Assembly (NCBI GenBank): GCA_002104905.1
Contig: MCFE01000202.1
Span: 1 to 64,000, forward strand
DNA: 64,000 nucleotides
DNA from: Basidiobolus meristosporus CBS 931.73
Lineage: Eukaryota; Fungi; Basidiobolomycota
Reading direction: 5' to 3'
A program made the translations under genes and the position numbers. Positions 59,105 through 64,000 of the stretch are shown here, in pieces. Below the pieces are notes generated by a model that was not told the DNA's origin, did no database searches, and was given only the letters and a program-made list of their open reading frames with translations. Each line of letters opens with the position of its first letter. Positions within the stretch are counted from its first letter, which is position 1.

Positions 59105-59851
59105 ATGGTCCCCATACCAAGCCTCAACTCATCTTTAGGACAACCCAGACAAAACCCATCCCCCAGCTCACAAGCATGGTCTGGACCGGAAAAGTTGATG
59201 TTGGATCCATTCAAGTTCTTGCCAAATGATTTTAGTATGGCCCAAGTATCTATGACAAGCCTTCATACAGATATTTGGGCACTACTGATTAATCTAGCAG
59301 AACTAGATACCCCAGAGAGTCAACAAAGATGGAAGAATTTGAGTAGAAAGCTATGGCATGAGTTCTACATCAAGATGCCAGCCAATGTATGTAAGAAGAT
59401 ATATAACAATACACGTATTGAAATCAAGAATGAGCTGAGAGTGAGGGGATTTGACAAAGAAGCCACACGGGAACTATTTTGCATGCAATTTGCACAGTAT
59501 GGGCCGGATGCGTCTGTTTGTGCCTCAACTTTGGGAACCAAAGAGATTTTGAATGAGTTTTTGCCTCAAATGACTAATGTACTACATGATGTAATAGTAG
59601 AGCTAAGTGGCTTCCAAGAGCAATATACACAGGACTCATCCAGGCAACAGCTCCAAAGTATCAGACACAGGGTAAGTGAATACCTTGAGGAATCAGATGG
59701 TGAGCTTCAGGAGGAAGAATACAGACCGCAAGCAACATTGTCCAGATTGCGCCAGCACGCCTTGCTGGATTCCCTACCATCTCTTGCAACCACAGCATGC
59801 CAGTGCATGTCAGTCCAGACCATGCCAACACCCTTTACCAGAACGCCCCGC
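59105..59851 (+). pseudogene. Second ORF of PHIS copy 3, truncated by the LTR
   Basis: Open frame; QQRWKNLSRKLWHEFY; acidic EESDGELQEEEY. Confidence 0.75.
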
Positions 59852-60840
59852 TGTAGTGGGGTGACAGTGACACCCACTGACAGATGTGCTCATTCCCTTA
59901 TTTTCTACTTCCCTATATCACTACTACATGTATTTTAGTTTTATCCCATTTGTCTTACCCAATCAATACTATCCCATAAGCCGGTTGACTATCACACCTG
60001 CTTACCTTATTGCATAAGTTACCCCTCACTTTATGTAAGATTACTAGCTATAAGTACTTCTATATTAGGCAAGTACCCGCGCAAGTACTTGCGCCAGTAC
60101 CCATGACACATGATCAGCCAGTGTCACCATCCCTATCATTTCCATACCATATATGGTATCCCCATGTTACACAGGTTTCAGAATACTGATTCCTGATTGG
60201 TTGGATGTGCTGTGCCTCTTAGAACCTTCCGGCACCTACTTAGAACATTCTTAGGTCATTCTGATGTCATTAAGATTTCTATTGATCTCCGGAACCTTCT
60301 GGAACACCATGATTAGTAATCACTTAGCCAGTGAGAAAAGTATATAAGGGAGGCTATCCCTCAACAATAGATCATCATCCCTTTTATCAATATACCAACT
60401 TGTGGATTAGTGTGATCACTGCTACCTGCTGCTACCTGAACTTCCAACCCCAGACCACAGGACACTCCCAGGAAACCGCGCTGACAGCCAACTGACCTTG
60501 GAGGCACTACTTGTGAGGAATACTCAGAGTAGGTATCTTTTATTATATTTGATTCTTTCCCAAGTTTGTTCTTGTACAGGCAAAGATACTTTTCTGTCTT
60601 TGTAACTATTGACCACAGCTGCATTCTTATCAAGTCCCTGCTGGTGGAGTTTACAGTTGTTTTGACTTTGGAAGCTTTAGTACATTGTCATCTCAAAGGA
60701 CGCTGAACCCAGCACATACTTTTGTTAAGACGCCAACTAAGTTGGGGATTGTAGCTCAATAGTTTTCCCTTGACAAGCTTGTGGCTTTATTCCCCTTCAC
60801 ATTAGATTAGAGACAGAACCCAAGTATTCCTAGCAAGCTT
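59852..60840 (+). mobile_element. Family-D LTR, 3' end truncated; left target CCGC
   Basis: Near-identical to 7854-8810; stops at ..CCTAGCAAGCTT. Confidence 0.85.
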
Positions 60841-62944
60841 TCATGCCATTCTTAACATGCAGTTGAATCATGGGTTATTCTGCTATAACTGCTATTTTTA
60901 GTATATACAGTTGTAGGAACTGACACCCCCCAAAAGTCATAGAATGATTTTGATCACAGAGCATGTATCTTATCATATCAATTGTTGCTCAGCTTGCACA
61001 TTGTATCACTTGATCTTACTTTGGGTAATATGGCTCTATAGTTTCTTGCCTTATCCTATGAATTTTGCAGTGGTGGTTTAAGAGTTTGAGGTATTTTCTT
61101 CACCAATGTCCAAACATACTTTCTTGATATTTTCACCAGTTTCTCTCTTGACCATTGCTATAAGCCCCTGGATCTAAGCAGGGCTTCTTCCTTTCTCCCC
61201 TGGAAGTGGACCCACTTTTATCTTGTATAAATGGCAATTAGGGTGATTAAATTCTTCTTCCTGCAAGGGATCATTTTTGCAAAGATCCACACAGTGCCAA
61301 GTGAATTAGATCAGATTTTTTTTGGTTTGATTAGCCCCAAGCTCTTGAGTGGTATATCTGGTCTGTTCCCCATATATGCAGGCTTAGCAGTGATTTAAAT
61401 TAGCTGCAGAATCTACTTGCACTCTGGAAATTGGCTGATCTTTGATAATTTTGCATATATAATCTTATTTGATCTGTTCAAATCTCCATGCCAAAGTGTT
61501 GGCATTCCATTGATTAAGTTACTACAATTGGCTTCCAGATATGCCGGAATATAAGTCAACATGCTTAAACTCTGATCTCTGATACCCAAAACAATATGAG
61601 CATCATCTTGATTTGTCATCCCACATCCAGAATTATCAAAGCTGAAACTGAGTTCTTCTGCTGTGGCCTTGCAGAAAGATGGCAGGCTCTTGACTATTCT
61701 GGGTACATAGAGTACTTCTTTGAAGGTAAGTGTGTAGCTCCTTTGCTGCTTCTGAGGCTTGCTTGGAGAGTTCCCTCTCAAACTGCACCAAGTGTTGTAG
61801 TGTCACCTATGAAAACCTTTGTAATTAAATTCCTTGATAATAGGAAAAGAATTCTTTTTGGTGTATCTAGTGTTGATATGCTCCAGAGTGAATAAATAAC
61901 CATTGAGAATTCTTATTTGCTCTCATATTTAGTGCAGATGTGAATCATCTTTACTCACTTGTTGCAGCATTTCCATCTTTGCACTTATCTTGCTGATTAT
62001 TTCTCTTTCTAAGGCACTGGTTTGATGTATGTGCTTTTCTTTTGCAGTTGCTGTAAAAGAAGTTTCTGTTGCCTTCAACAGGTTCTGGGTACCTGCTTTG
62101 CTGGCTTTCATCTCTTATTAGCACATTTACTACTTCCTTCTTATTGGGACATGTTTTTCTTAATTCTTCATACAGGGGCCTTCTATATACAGTTCTGGAC
62201 TCTTGGGCTAATACCAGGCCATGAAACCTTTCTGTCAGGCAATTCAGGAGGGAAACTATCACATTCTCATCAGTAGCTGATGTTGCAATAGATTTCATCT
62301 CATCAACTAACAGAGTGACACTGTCAATGATATTTTTAATTCCTTTTCCTTACACTTGGTTTGTGGCAAAGAACTGAGGCCAATGTGGCTATGAGCACTT
62401 TGTTCTTTCTTCTGATACTTAAGGCTTCTTCATTTTTAGGAGGTTATTATCACCACATAGTAAAGCTCTAAAGGCCTCTTTCCTGTGATGGCATCTCCAT
62501 CATTACCTTCCACACTTGGTAGTTCAATCCATCAAACTTTTAAAAGGAGGGAATATTCCAGTAGTGGCAGTAGTTGAAATAATAGGGAATGACAGCTTGG
62601 GGCTCAAAATCTGTCTGAAGAGTTCTGGAGATACTGGAAGTGGCTGGGAGAATAGGTGTATAGCATGGCTCTCACTTATTGCTTATTGAATGTAAAAGTA
62701 ATATTTATACTGTTATATAGACTTGGCATTACAGACACTCTAAATATGTTAAGGAAGGTCTCAAGAACAGGTGTGCAGGCTGTTTGGACCATCCTGGGAA
62801 TTTTTGTACTCAGGGTCCCTGATGTCTTTGATAATATTCCAAGTCCCAATAACAAACTTGGTTGGTCTTCTCTAAGATTTGTATGTAATGATTGAAGTGG
62901 CCAAGTTAGGCAAATATATAGGTGGAATAACCATTTTTACAACA
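60841..62944 (-). mobile_element. Decayed 5' half of a copia family G element
   Basis: LTR 62612-62944, PBS variant GATTTTGAGCCCC. gag/PR remnants (HSGAYQH for DSGAS.H; YVPRIVKSL). Confidence 0.75.
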
Positions 62945-63110
62945 TATTGCAGCTGCCACTATATCAGTGCTATACTTCATTTTGCTTGGTGTACTGAACA
63001 ATGAACCTTGCTTCACCCTTTAGGAGTCTCAAACAGAGTAGATGTGTGGCAAGAAAGGAAATATGAGCCAAGTTGCAGGTAAAGCCCTATCCTATATGCA
63101 TCACAAGTAT

Positions 63111-64000
63111 TATTATAAGCTCTGTGATTCTACCTATGTACTAACCTAACTTAGTCACTTGTACTATTTCCAACAAATCTTAGTGAGCACTGACTAAATT
63201 TCTTGCTAGGGTTTACTTAGAAAATTTCACCCAAACATCAGGTACCCAGAATAAGGAAGTTCTAAAAGTTGCCCAAATAGCCCCAAACCTTGCACACATG
63301 TTGTTGGGACCTTCCTAAGAATACTTTACATGGTTTTAATGCCAAGTCTATGTAAAAGTATAAGCACTATGTGTATGCACAATATATCATTAAGTGAAAA
63401 CCACATAATTTATTGTTCTCCCAATCACTTCTAATATCACCAAGACTCTTACAACAGGTTATGAGCCCCAAGATTCCACTCTCTGTAACATGTACTACTG
63501 CTATTACTGGAATTTTTTCCTGCTGCTGAAAAGTTGGATGGATCTAACTATTAAGTTTACAAAATGAGGATGAAGAAGCTGATACAAGAAAAAGACCTTT
63601 GGGATATTGTCATGGGAGAAGAATGTCCACCTAAAAACTTAGGAGAGGAAGCCTTTGGGTACCACAATAAAGAGCTATGTGCCTTTATCTGCATTTGCCT
63701 TAATATTGGAGACAAATTGATAATTCAATGCTCAAGAGCAAAAGCAGCAAAGAATACGTGGAAGACATTAGAAGACTCATACCAGTCATTTTCAGCTGAT
63801 CAGAAAATATATCTTAGACAAAAATCTCTTATTACAAAGGTGCTGCTTGGTGAAGAACTGAAAATCTAGTTAATAGAGTTACCTTGTGAGTTAATGAGAC
63901 GCAATCTGTGGGCATATTTACTAATGCAAATGTGCTAGTTACCATTCTGAATAGCCTGACAGATGTGTCTCAGGGTCTTGTATCAGCCCTGGAGTCAAGA
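63111..64000 (+). mobile_element. 5' end of a copia family G element (LTR, PBS, gag remnant), runs off the window
   Basis: LTR ends ..TACAACA at 63456. PBS GGTTATGAGCCCC at 63457-63469. gag-like ORF 63564-63869 (KDLWDIVMGEE). Confidence 0.85.

Larger units (their letters stand above)
57678..59851. mobile_element. PHIS transposon copy 3, right part lost
   Basis: Starts AGACTTGTTCAGTTGGATAGTGCCAC. Closely colinear with 17015-19995 minus the solo LTR. Cut at the family-D LTR insertion. Confidence 0.88.

Noticed and set aside
138-64000. Short ORF-track entries (60-130 aa) as host genes
   Set aside because: Nearly all are antisense or off-frame shadows of TE genes or lie within LTRs. No recognisable cellular protein motif or exon structure was seen.

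Overview
Eukaryotic, gene-free, almost entirely repetitive 64-kb window: a deep stack of nested, mostly decayed transposable elements. I found no host gene, RNA gene or CRISPR array. At least seven families are present. (1) A young Ty1/copia family with 369-bp LTRs and a half-tRNA(iMet) primer site: one full copy at 22060-26744, one copy lacking its 3' LTR at 33274-37567, and two solo LTRs. (2) An older copia family with ~340-bp LTRs. (3) A Ty3/gypsy family with 368-bp LTRs, one copy inserted antisense into the gag of another, so 37.7-47.3 kb is a large imperfect inverted repeat. (4) An older gypsy (14498-27809) with an unexplained ~380-codon third ORF after the integrase. (5) A ~1-kb LTR family with 4-bp TSDs at NCGC/GCGN sites. 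(6) A PHIS-superfamily (DDE_Tnp_4) DNA transposon with AGAC termini, ANT target duplications, a divergent second ORF and a 714-bp foldback derivative. (7) CACTA-like (Transposase_21-type) elements with a divergent, internally repetitive second gene. CpG is scarce and copy-to-copy differences are dominated by CG->TG/CA. The primer sites suggest a fungal or fungus-like host (inference). All boundaries, alignments and identities were read by eye and need computational confirmation.
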